Positions 38,070 to 50,664 of a stretch of DNA of 64,000 bases are shown here, in pieces. The notes beneath the pieces are model-generated. The model was not told the origin of the DNA, ran no database searches, and saw only the letters and a list, made by a program, of their open reading frames with translations. Position numbers and translations under genes: made by a program. Each line of letters opens with the position of its first letter. Position 1 is the stretch's first letter. The stretch covers positions 14,012,001 through 14,076,000 of the forward strand of contig CP075493.1 of NCBI GenBank assembly GCA_021613535.1, written 5' to 3'. Source of the DNA: Adineta vaga (Eukaryota > Animalia > Rotifera).

Positions 38070-40063
38070 ATGATAATGCGCTTAAAAGTATCTTTAAGTA
38101 TAGAAAATGGTTTATTGAACATGTATGAATATGAAATAACAGTGAACAATATATCGATAATAAGTGAGAAAATATATGAACACAGTTATATTAGGATTCA
38201 ACGACTTGATGTATTTCATCGACTATTGCATTCTACTCTCGATCGTTCTACTACTTCTAGTCTGTCTGCAGAATGTTCATCGAAAGGATTTGTTGAAGAT
38301 AAACGGTTACTTGTGCAATTTCAACTACTTATGGAAATTTTACTTCGTCTTCCGATTACCGAAAAGAGTAAAAATGACTTTATAAGTTGGTGTCGTGAGC
38401 AGTATTCTAGCAATCCTGCTGATAACAGCGCTATAGATTTATTCGCTTCAACATTTAAGATTGGTGATGCAGTTAATTGGTACACGAGAAATTCATTTCT
38501 TTATCGTACATTAAATCAAATGTTTAGAACTAATAATCTTCGATTAATATACAGAAGTCGCTATTTTGTTGGTCATCTATACAGCGAACTGAAGAAAGTC
38601 TATGAAGAGACCTGGCCATTTTTCAATCCTCAAACTTATATTTATCGAGGAACATCAATGCCTTGCAAAGAGTTTCATACATTCAAGGCGGATAAAGGTA
38701 AACTTGTCTCGACAAACTGTTTCCTGTCAGCTACATTCAATAAAAATGTGGCTGTTTGTTTTTCGGGGAAAGATATAAATAGAACCGACTACGTTTCAGT
38801 TATATTCGTTATGCTCATCGATGCGTCTAACAATAAATCAAAACCATTTGCACCGATCCAAAATTTAAGCACGATGAGAGATGAAGAAGAAGTTCTTATT
38901 GCACCTGGAGTGATATTTCAAATTGAACAGATAACCTAACTGGAAGTATGTTACATGTTTAGAAGAATTTCATTTTTTTTTGCTAATCTAATCTATTTGT
39001 AGGAAAATGTATTCGAAGTCAGATTAGTTCATACTTTGAAAGAGAAAGAGCTTGAACAAAATATTCTTCATGCAAAAACAATTTATTTGGAAAAAGCTCG
39101 AAAAATCGAATCAGTTGATGACTTTGAGTCATTGATCGACGAGGCTTTAATTGAAATAGATGATCACAAAATGTTCTCAATCTCTATGATTGATGATAAG
39201 CAAAAAGGTATATGAAAATTGAATGTATCAGACTTCTCTATATGTATTATCTATTCTATAGATCATCCATCTGTAGAGTCTCAATCGACACCAATGATCA
39301 AGTCATATATAAAACCTCATGAAAAAGGTAAATCTTACGAGTTTCATTCTTCATACGGATATAAAGTATCAAATTTTTTCTTTAAAATCTGTCAATTTTG
39401 TAGAACACCATCGTAAAACATGTTTGATGTCCTTATCTCTGTCAGAATCTACACTGAAATATCTATACACTGAAGTGGCACGACTTCGAACATCAAATAC
39501 TCGTAGTGATGGTTCTATTATATTCATAGTTGATCAAACTCTTTTTGATAATATGGATGATGACGATGATGATAATTCATTGATATCAAATGCTATCATC
39601 TGTCGATTGTTTCCACGTCAATATATTTATAATCAATGTGCTTATCAAATTGAAATACAACTGTCAGCATCTTATCCACTTTCTCCACCGAAATTGTGTT
39701 TTCTCACTCCAATTTACCATCCAAATATTAACAAAAACGGTGAGAAAAACTTGATGAGATCAGGTTAACTTATCTTTATTCTATTCTATGTTTTCTTTTC
39801 AGGTGAAGTTTGTCTAAATATTCTTGAAAACACTAATTCATGGTCAATGAAATCATCACTAATCACCATTTTAATAGCTAGATGATCTTATTGATAATCC
39901 CAATATTGATACAGCTCTCAGCATAGGTTAGTATTCTTAAATGTCGAGTTAGTTATTAATCTATACTATCTATTTAGATAAAGCACTAGATTTACAGAAT
40001 AGAACTGAATTCAATCGTAAAGCATTCGAAATGGCAAAGAAATTTGGTTTACCGCGACAATGA
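38070..40063 (+). pseudogene. ADP-ribosyltransferase (R-S-E type)-ubiquitin-conjugating E2 fusion; one stop and one frameshift in this copy
   Basis: Exons ~38070-38945, 39003-39208, 39262-39328, 39404-39739, 39803-39926, 39978-40063 with compatible phases; ART motifs YRG, FLSAT, DEEEVL; E2 motifs YPLSPPKLCFLTPIYHPN..GEVCLNIL..W; TAA at 38937-38939, frameshift at ~39880. Confidence 0.8.
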
Positions 40064-40317
40064 ATAACAGATCGTTGTTCATTTGAGAATGTAAAGTATG
40101 ATATCATGCAAAATTCTCCGTCACAAACGTGTACAAAGTTAAAGTGGAATTAATTGATTTCATGAACCTAAAACCATCTTCTTCAGATTATAACAAGCAG
40201 TTCGTTATCATTTTTTTTTCATATTCACTTTTTGTATGATATGATTTATTATTTTAAAATATCAATCAGTTTAGAAAAGTAGAAAATTGTTTGTTGCATA
40301 ATCATTGTATAGAAGTA

Positions 40318-42980
40318 TTAAAATCGTTCATAATCTCCTTTTCTACTGCTTTTTCGCTGCTGATTATAAACAGATTGATCTTGAATAGTCATCGTTTTTA
40401 TATTCTTTCTTCCAATGAACATCATTCGTTTTTCCATTTGTGATTGACTGAAAGATTTCTTTCGTCGATAGATTAACGTTGGATTTCGCAATAAGAATAC
40501 AGCTAAATACCATCGATGTCGTGCTTTTGTCCAATGTATCGTTTCTTCTTTGTACAAATGTTCACGAAGTAAAATACTAGTAAAATAGAGTAATACAGGA
40601 TGTCGATGAGCACATTCGATATGAATAAAAGCACAATAAGCATTGAAACCCGCATCGAATGTTTCCAATTTTCGACCCATAGGAGAATAATCCAAACGAG
40701 ACATATAGATCATTCCACCAATAGCACTTTTAATTACACGCATAATTGAAGAAATCAAACCAAGAAATGCATCAAGGAAAAAATTAAAATATAAGAATAT
40801 CATCAATATTCTCCGATGATTTATGGATAAAACTTCACCTGCTTGTTGAAGAAAGATATATTGACCAACGATTTTATTCATATAGGTTTGAAAAATAGCG
40901 AAAAGTATTGGAGGAATAATAATTTTAACAACCGATTCAACTGATCTTATCATTCCATAAATAATAACAACATTTATGACAGTACCAACGATCATCGTGA
41001 AAACTGCAATTAGAATATATGCCCATAAAACATAAGCAATTAAATAACCAGCAAAATGAATATTTTGACAAGCATAATTGACATTCTTCGACGAATCATA
41101 TCGTGTTATTTCTGTACTATTACCACGAAATGCTTGTAAAAGATTTCGACGAATAGCAGCGAATAAAACAAGTAATTGGATAATACTTACAGTAAGAGCA
41201 GTGAATATAGCAATTAAATAAGGATAAACTAAATTAGGGAGAGGAAAACTCTTTGGTAAATTTTTCAATTGTTTTAAACGGACATCATCTTCTGCTGATA
41301 TATTTATCAATGCATTGATTATATTTTCAAAAACATTATGCAATGAATGAAGAATTGGTGGAACTTGAACGCATGCCTATAAATGATTGGAAATATGAAA
41401 TGATTTTTTGTCTTTTAGTTCGTTTACCTGTACAGTAAGAAAGAAAAGAAGACAAAAGATTGATGCATAAACACAAAGTACACGTGCTGAAAATTGAAAA
41501 TCATCTTGCCAAAGATAAATACGTTGAAAAAGATTCGATGATAATTTCTTTTGATTGTTGAAACCAAATAATTTCTGAACATATCGATATTCCGTTGACC
41601 AAGGTAATGATGAATGCAAAAGATGTTTTTCTTCACTGGTTAATTGTTTGCTTTCCATACGTTTATTACGCATTCGTTGGAAGAATAATTTCGGTAATTC
41701 AGTACTTATATATCCTAGAAAACAATAGCGAGGAATGTCAAATAGTAATTGAAAGAAAATCAGTTTTGATCCATGTCCATAGTAATCCAAATATACGATT
41801 GTAAAATCACTTTCAGCACTTTGATTAAAATTTACATTGTTTAGATAGTATTCATTACGACAGACACCATCGGAAGCGAGGATTAAACCAAAATCAAGCC
41901 AAGCATATAGAGTAGCACAAAATAAACTAAATCGACTATCGATATACACTGCTGCTAACATTGGATAACATCGAAAGCCAATAATAAGTACTTTGAAAAT
42001 CTGAAGAGCGTAATTGATAATAATACCTTTATCTGTCGTTGACGTGTTTCCATTGATAAGTTGAATTGCGATAGTGAATAATTCATCAGCAAAGATTGCG
42101 AATATAACTGCAGAAAATGTCCGTTGAACACATGTAAAAAAATCCAATGGAATAGGTAGAGCAAAATAGTTCTTCCATGTTTGTTTTCGTTGAAATGATT
42201 GTCTTTTTGCAGTAAGAATAACAAATAGAAGAATAAGAAAGCAAGCAATAGGAAATGTGACAATATTAATATCGTCTTGAACATAGATTCGATCACAAAA
42301 TGAAGGCCGATTGTAAAACAGAGATTGATTGTTGTGTAGTTTGTCGATAATCTCTTTATGAATACCATTCAAAGCGATTCCTTTAATAATAGTTGCACAT
42401 ATACCGAGAATAACAGTTCCAATTAAAGTTATCCATGATGAAATTCGATAAGATGATCCAGTTGTTTTAATAGTAGGTAGAAATGACGATTTTTGTGTAA
42501 CAGTTTTAGGAGTTACACTAAAAGAAAATCTCAAATAAAAACAAATGAAAAATAGTTGTTCTAGTCGACATACGCTTTTGGTTGTCTACATTTCTTACTG
42601 ATCGAACGATATAAAGCTAACCATAGAAGACGACAACGAGAAGACCGGTAATAACACCAAGAGTAATAACTTGTTTGCCACTGCTTGATACTATTAATAG
42701 AAAAGAATGAAGACATTTTCAAACAACTGTTTCTAAGCATTTACATTTATCACACAATTTTCCTGACCACCAAAACTTGCAATCACATGTCCATGATCCA
42801 TCGAAATGATCTTCACAATAGCCATATTTTCCACATAAATTCAAAGTTGAACAATCTGTAATCGTGATAGATGATAAAACTGAAATACGATTTCAAATTC
42901 ATTTTGTTAAACCTACTATTTTGTGACGATGTTATTCTTTCACGTCTCGTTCGGTTAAGTGAAAGATCATTCGACATCAT
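40318..42980 (-). CDS. STRA6-like multi-pass membrane receptor with N-terminal EGF-like module (TAG at ~42618 in an upstream exon)
   Basis: DDFQFSARV, RLDYSPMGRKLETFDAGFNAY..IECAHRHPVL, ARHRWYLAVFLLRNPTL; upstream exon CSTLNLCGKYGYCEDHFDGSWTCDCKFWWSGKLC. Confidence 0.82.
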
Positions 42981-43691
42981 CACTTTTAATTGTCAACACT
43001 GTAAAAAGATACGAACAACACAATATAACTAAAAAATATGTTTTTTTTTTCGTTTTATTTCGACGTTTTGTCGCATGGTAAAAGATAACAAATGTGCTTT
43101 CGTTATATTCTATTAGTTGGCATCACTGATTTATATACTATAGCGATGATATCGAAAAAATGAAGAGATAAGACGATATCACATCATAAATTTGAATATA
43201 GATGAGGTTAGTGTGTTGCATTTGTAGTCATATTTCATCCGTGTCGATGAAGGAGAGATATTCATACTTATTTTTTCTCAATGTATTTTGAACGTGATAA
43301 AGATTTAAACTTAGAAATCATTGGGAGTATACTTTTATATCTCAACATAGACGATGGAATAAAAAATTTAATCTAATATCGGTTTTTTTCTTTGTTTGTT
43401 AAAAGTTTAACAAAACTTTATTTTTTCGATACTTGCAACAGGAAGAAATGCATCGTTTTTTCTAATATATTCTTTTGTTATTTTATTTTAATTTTCCTTT
43501 TCTTCTTTGTATGTGACATAACACAATGATATGTATACTCTTTTACTTGATGATCATTCTAGAAAATATAACAAACTACAATAGGTCACAAGAAAAAGTA
43601 TATCATAAAGAAATTAGTTTCTTTTGTCGTTATATATGTTTAATTTTTTATTCAATTCTATCGATTGCTACGATTGAAATAAACTATCAAC

Positions 43692-44513
43692 ATGGAGTGG
43701 ACATATACTACTTATACTATAGCGAATTATGGTATTACACTAGCTCTTGTGCTCACGACTGTTATTGGCGTTAATCCTACAAAAGCATATGGTGATTACG
43801 CTAAGGCTGATATAAAACATCTTTCTTCAGATACGAACCCGATACAGATATTTTCTCAAATCAAGCGAAGAACTGTCTTTTATATTGGTATATTTTGTTG
43901 TTTGTTAGAAGGAATGACATTGTCTATTACCGCTGTATTGATGTTTCAAGGATGCTTCTTAACAGATATTAGAATTACATCAGGTGATGATTGTCTTGAA
44001 TATCCAATGGATTGTTTCGTCTTTCAAGGCAATGATTTCGTTCCCATAACGCGTAACGCAACTTTTCTTCGTGAGCGTCTGAAAAAAGCTCAATTTCCGA
44101 GCAATATATTCGATACTAATGCTTGGTGTTATGCATAGATTATTCGTTTTCAAACAACTAAACGTGTTCTTGATCAATTAGGTGTTACCATGGCTCTTAT
44201 TGCTCTCTTTACAATAATGTTAGCGGTAATTATTTATCTTGCTAAATGTAGGAAAACAGTGGCATTATCCGTTATATTGATTTCAACTTCTGGTAGTTTC
44301 ATGATCATTTGCTCCTTTAACTTATGCCATCCTGACTTTAGGTATGGCATTGGGAATCTTTGAATTAGGTCTCTTCTATATTTTACCTAAACCAAAAAAA
44401 CAAGCAATATCACCGATCAGAATCCTCCATATGCAAAACGGTCAACACCACCAGCAAAGCTATCGATTCAACCTAAAGTTATAGATCGATCTTCAAAAGT
44501 CAATCCCAAATAA
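43692..44513 (+). pseudogene. Multi-TM protein of unknown family, disrupted
   Basis: Hydrophobic segments, DDCLEYPMDCFVF; reading continues past the TAG at 44136 (WCYA*IIRFQTTKRVLDQLGVTMAL) into more TM segments. Confidence 0.55.
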
Positions 44514-45770
44514 ATCTTTTGCTTTACAAGTCAATAATGAATTTGTAATTCTTTCATTTGTTTTTGCATGATAATTGTTTGCTTCACTTGAATGCTTCAC
44601 TATATGTATATATCATGATATCTTACAAAGGTAACAACTAAATTGAAATAAGCAATTTGAATATTGTTTTATAACAGTGTAACGTAAAAAAAGTTTGACA
44701 GCTGTCTGGGAAAAAACTATTCAACACGAATGTTTGTAACTATTTTCATATTGCATCACTACTGACGATAATAATACGAAGATATTTCTGAAATTGATTA
44801 TATAATTGCTTTGGCATACTAAATTATTTTTGCAATAGGATTAGTTCTCTAAGAAATAGTTTACATTTGGTGTTCTGCTCCGTTTATATGACGTCAATGT
44901 GCCCTTGTTTTCTCTTACGTTGCCGATCGATTAGAAGAAAGAAAGTAAAAATGAAGACATACACACCGAAATGAGCACTACGTTTTCGAAATTGATCTTT
45001 AATTTCTGCAAATTCAAATCAATTGTAAATCGATAGGATAGACTCCATGTTTTTTTCGTTTCACTGTACAAATTTAGACGACAAATAGTGAATACGGTTG
45101 CTTTCGAACTTCACTGATAATTTTCAAACAGAATATCATAAGACAAACGATATTTAGGAGTACGACTATCAAATTGTTATTGAATTTACTTGAAGCCGAG
45201 CTGTAATGTATTGGATCATTGAGTTTGATCTCCTTTCTTCCCTAGAGACAACATAATTCTTTTAACATCTTTTCGAAATAAATTTCATGGTACTCCCCGC
45301 GATGTACGATTATTTCAATTTCAGCACTTGTCACGAGATTACTAATGGCTGCATTCTTCTCAATAAAACAAATTCTTTCATTGTTGACGACCATCTTCTC
45401 GTTTTTTTAACTATTTTGCACTCAGTTTCTTTCCACCTCGCAACGACAGAAAAGCGATGAAAGAACAGAAAAGAATACTGCTTTTCTTACCGGATCTAAA
45501 ATGTTTTATTATTTATGTAAGCACTAAAGTAATTTCAGAAACTTTCTTCTTTTCAAAATTTACTTTGTCAAAACAAAACATTTACATGTTAAGATTTTCT
45601 TTTTGGCAACCTTGTGAAGTTTAAACATGATGCATTTCAACTTGTAAAGATAATATTTGTCCATTAAAAATTCACTTACTTCTACCTCCTGCGAAAATAT
45701 ATAAATACATGCTTTATCATCCATTTCACGTTTCATTTTTTTCTTGATTTCAATTTAAAACGAATAGACG

Positions 45771-48326
45771 ATGATGAATAAATTTCTTCTCGGCTGTTGC
45801 TTCGTTATTGTCTGTGTTGTTGATGGTTCGCATTTTCGTGGCGGAACAATTACATCGTTAGTTATTGAATATTTAACTTAGTTTCATTTATACTTATCTT
45901 TATTTTGTTCTAGGCGTCCTTACAATAATACTCCATCAGGTAGTTCAGTTCCTGTTATTGTACGAGAACGATGGTCATGGCGTCGTAGTGCATACGCTCC
46001 TGCCTGTTCACCTGCTACCATCGCTGCACAAGCTCCTATGATTGGTGATGGGGCCTGGCTCAATTGTGTGTCTGGTACTTGTGGTGCTCATTGGACTGGT
46101 TTGTATGTGCCAACATACTGTACTGATTTCAGTGCTCCTTTGGATGTTGCTTCGGGTGAATATTATCAAACATATACAATACCACTCAATATTCAATTCA
46201 GTATTGCTTTTGCGTCGGGTGCTTGGTTTGGTACTCTCGTTGTTGGATCGAATGGAAATTGGGCTGTTGTCGGACGAATTAGTACGATTGTTAGACCTGA
46301 TGGTTATTTAAATACAAGTCCTATTGCTGTCAGTCTTCCAATTCTCTATAAAGAAATCAATATACAACATGTTCACGTTGTTCAAATGTCTGATTTTGAT
46401 GGAACTGATATATTAAAATGTCGATGGTCGGTCGGTGGAACAAGTACTATCAATCAGTATAATGAATGTGCTGGTGTGTGTAATGGTATACCTGGTGCTA
46501 ATCTTATTCAAGAAAATTGTACAATTGTATTTACGCTTACAGCAGCTAATTGGTATGCTGCAGCAGCATTACAAATTGAAGATTTTTACAATCCTGCAGC
46601 AGTGACTGCAAATACACCAATGAGTTCGGTACCACTTCAATTTCTTTTTTATGGTTATGCTAATCCTGGTGGTTGCACTACTCCACCATCTATTATTGGT
46701 AATCGACCAAATCGAGGTAAGTTCGAATTTGATCAAGATATCTTTCAATATTTCTCATTATTTGTTTTCTAAGCTTGTATTGGTGTATTGCCCGGTGAAA
46801 ATATTACTGAATATGTTGTCATCCAAGTTTTTTGTACTGGAAAGAGTATTGTCGAGTATGTTTCTAGTGTACCAGTTGGCATGAAGAAAAGTGCTATCTT
46901 GAATCCAAGCACTGGTCAGTAGATAGCATACGTTTCAAATTCTGTTAGTTTGATGTATTATTTGTAGGCATTTATCATATTATTCTCAGCTGGGTTCCTG
47001 TAGCCAGTCAGTATGGTCCACAAGCTGTTTGTATGGGAGCAGTCGACAATACAAATATTCAATCAAATCAATGGTGTATTACATTTCTAGTTGGTTTCAA
47101 GTCACCAGATGTTATTCGACCATCGACCGTTCAAGGTTCAGCATCACCTGTCGGTACCGTCTTTCAGAATCAAACAACATTCTCTATTCAAAGTAATATT
47201 TTCATCACATTCTAGAAGTTCAGTCTACTAAAACATCTTCTCAAGAATTACTCATATTTTTCTATTCATTTTTTTTTCTAGCTTCAATATCTGTTAATCG
47301 TCCAACACGTAATGATACTAAAATCTACTTTCGAGATGCTACAACTGGTGGTACACTTGTCCAATCATACGATTGTGGTTGGAGTCCAGAAGTAACATAT
47401 ACTGGTTTTACGATTGTTATTCGTTTTCCTGTTGCACCGTGGATTGCTGGACATTTCTATTATGTTACTATGGATAGTGGTATGTGTAGAACTTTAGTTA
47501 CTGTTATCCTTCATCTTTTCTACGTTCATTTTAGGTGTTGCTAGTGGAACTGAATTTTGTGGTAAGTTATTATTTAGAAAATGAGAGCAACGATAAATGA
47601 CAATAAATAATTACAGGTCCTGAATCGGCACCAGTTACTGATCCGACATACTGGGTATTTAATATTTGGAATCCAGCACTTTCGTCAACAACAACAACGA
47701 CTACAACACCATTTACAACCGTAACAGTCACAACAAAACCAACATCAACAACAAGTATTAATACATTGGTAAGATCCTTTGTTTCTTTCATTTCCTATCT
47801 ACTAATTATAATCATTGTCTTTGATAGTTAACAACAACTGGAATAGTTGTAACAACTACAATTCCTGTTACAACTGTCTCGACTACAACTACATCAGCTG
47901 CAACAACACTTGGTAAGTTGGATATATTCATTTCGAATCTCATATATTTAATGACGCATCCACAAAGATGAAATTGAATGTATACCGTAATTCATTTCTA
48001 TTTTAGCTCCAACAACAGCAGGTACAACCGTGTCAGCTTCAACAACAGAATCAACAGTTAATGTCCTCTATCCAAGCGATCTTGTAAGTTTTCAGTTCTA
48101 TGTTATTATATTTATTTACATAGTTATATTTTCGTGTATCTAATAGGAAAAATTGTGTTTACAACCAATCTTGATAATGTCAGTTGCTTCAGGCCTTGTT
48201 ATAATACCAATCCAAGCATTGGTTATGTATGCTGGTTTTACAAAATTTTCTAATCTCTTTAATCAAAATAAAGCCAATGCAAAAATGAGACATCAACAAA
48301 GAATGAAAAGAGTTATGCGACGTTAA
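45771..48326 (+). CDS. Cell-surface protein of the SHFRGG (integrin-beta-like/Sib-like) family with Ig-like domain, Thr stalk and C-terminal TM
   Basis: Signal peptide + GSHFRGGTIT; RPDGYLNTSP, DFDGTDILKCRW, AALQIEDF, PMSSVPLQF; SVNRPTRN..YYVTMDSGV; Thr-rich exons; TM ILIMSVASGLVIIPIQALVM; stop 48324-48326. Confidence 0.8.
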
Positions 48327-49163
48327 ACAAGCTTATACTTTATCATTTGATGGAACATTTTCATATTTCTTTTTTTTCTTAACTAACAATAATTGTGTGA
48401 TAAATATATTTTAATCAAGCTATTCGTTTTTCTAAACACTATATAAGGATTTTTATATTTTACTAATGATTTAATCTTTTCTCATTTAACAATTCTCCCT
48501 ATATGTTTTACATAAACAGATATATATTCATACGTGACTTTTGTTTTTTCCAACTTGTTCTATCGTACTCGGAAATAGAAGTACATTTAGGTATATAATA
48601 TTTGTTTCGATTGTATACCGTTTTTTTTTATTATTTTACCTCACAAGCAACGTTTTTGCCTAAAATATAACTTTCGAAACAAGCTAGTAGAAAAAAAAAG
48701 ACAAAGATTTTGTGCAATAACAAATGAAGCGAAGTATATACACATTGAATAAAAACGGTTGTAGACCGATCAAATTATATTGTACATCGAACAACGTACA
48801 GGTGAGATATGTAATGTCTAGGGTTTTTATAATAAAAGTTTGTACTGAAAGAATTGCGGACGCTTGGATGACTGATATTGTGATAATGGGCGATGTTGTA
48901 TAAGGTTTTCTATTGTCACTAGTAGTGATCAATGTTTACTTTTGCTATTGACAAGACAGAAACTATAATAGATTATAGTACTTTTTAGAAAAGCGTCAAA
49001 CTTCAAGTACACGACGGTGCTCTTTTCGATAAACACAATATAGAATGATGTTCTAAAGTATAACTCACTTAGACTACTCTAAATAAATCTCTTTTTTCAG
49101 AAGATACATACAAATTTCAACAGAGAAAATTAGTGTGACGTATTTAAATACAATTGAATTATA

Positions 49164-50202
49164 ATGTTTGCATCAAGTCCCCTGAAGGGGTGTTTGTACT
49201 TTGGGATTTTTGTTGCTTTTTTTGCTGCGCCAAATGCTCGGCGTAATCTAACTGCGCCATCATCATATAAATCATGTCCCGGTAAACAATTATTATGTGG
49301 TAAGAATATTTGTTACGATCCAGCTGCGCAAAGCTGTACTGAACTTGACAAAACTGTTGAATGTATGAATGTTTGTGGAGATCAATGTTACAATCCTAGA
49401 TTTGAACAATGTTTCAACAGCACACTTTGCCAGTCTTCCCTAGCGTGCAATCAACAGTGTCTTCAGAATAATCAATTGTGTGTTAACAATATAACAATAT
49501 GTAACACAACGCGTTCGTATTATTATTATCCAGTGAACTCAATTTAGTCATGTAATGATTTATGTTATGATTCCACAACCGAACAATGCATCAATGGCAC
49601 TATTCAGTGCATTAACGATTGTGCTGGTGCATGCTACAATTCATCATCACGCCAATGTTTGAATGGAACTTTATGCAAACTTAGCGAACAATTTTGTAAG
49701 GTGGTATGTAATAGACAGTCTCAATACGATTATACTTCGAGATATATTCAATGCTATGATCCTTCATATCAACTATGTTTCAATAACACACTTTGCGACA
49801 CTTTTCGAGTGTGCAATCAACAGTGTCTTCCGGATAATCAAATATGTGTTAACAATACGACAATATGTAATATTACGGGCTCATATTATAATTATCAAAC
49901 GAATCAAATTCAATTATGCGATGGTGTATGTTATGATACTACCATCAGACAATGTGTATCTCGATACATAACAGTAAACTCTACTTCGACTCGTTCGCCA
50001 TGACAACGATAACATTTCGTTCGAAGACTATTCATTCACACCAGGATTGGTTCGTTTTATATTGTGGGATGGATTCGGAATGCACTGCTATATATTAATC
50101 GTCGTATGTCTTGTACTTTTTGGTATGTACCGATACCGATTATTTGCGCCGTTCTCGACTAAAACTGAAAAATCGAATCCTTCAGATGACGATCAAATCT
50201 AA
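49164..50202 (+). pseudogene. Cys-rich repeat (CG..CYxP..QxCxN) surface protein, disrupted
   Basis: Internally duplicated unit (ACNQQCLQNNQLCVNNITICN / VCNQQCLPDNQICVNNTTICN); TAG at 49545 aligns with Gln in the other unit; frameshift at ~50000 leads to TM CYILIVVCLVLFGMY. Confidence 0.7.
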
Positions 50203-50404
50203 TTGATGAACTGTCTAAAATATCGTCGCTGTGCGCAATCTGATTTGGAACTCGAACCTTTTCAAGTTTTTAGTATTGGAAAATTTTAAACTACATGACA
50301 ATGCTTTTTAGACGTCTTCTTTTGACTATAAACAATCGTTTGAAACGATAATGTAAGATGAATATCTCTTATATCAAACAGTATTCAAAATAATTATTCA
50401 TTCT

Positions 50405-50425
50405 TGAGGGTGTGGGTGTGGGTGT
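50405..50425 (+). repeat. Short telomere-like tract TGAGGG-TGTGGG-TGTGGG-TGT
   Basis: Read directly from the sequence; related motifs at 15499-15514, 63367-63379 and 63421-63431 on the minus strand. Confidence 0.6.
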
Positions 50426-50664
50426 AAGAGTATCAATCAAATAAATCTGTTCAAAATATTGAAATGTATAACATATATCCATCGCAATATTGTCGATAGG
50501 ATCAAGTAGATTTTCAGGATGGGAAAATATTTTCTTTTCCAAGATGATATATTTTTCTTATCATATAATAAGAAGAAACTTTCATCACTTTCTTCCAGAT
50601 AGTTAGCATAAAAAACAGTTGTATTCTTATTATTACATACTATAACATCTTATCCTGTAAGAAA

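Noticed and set aside
38937-38939. In-frame stops as recoding or an alternative genetic code
   Set aside because: All three stop types occur, together with frameshifts, and intact genes use the same codons as true stops.
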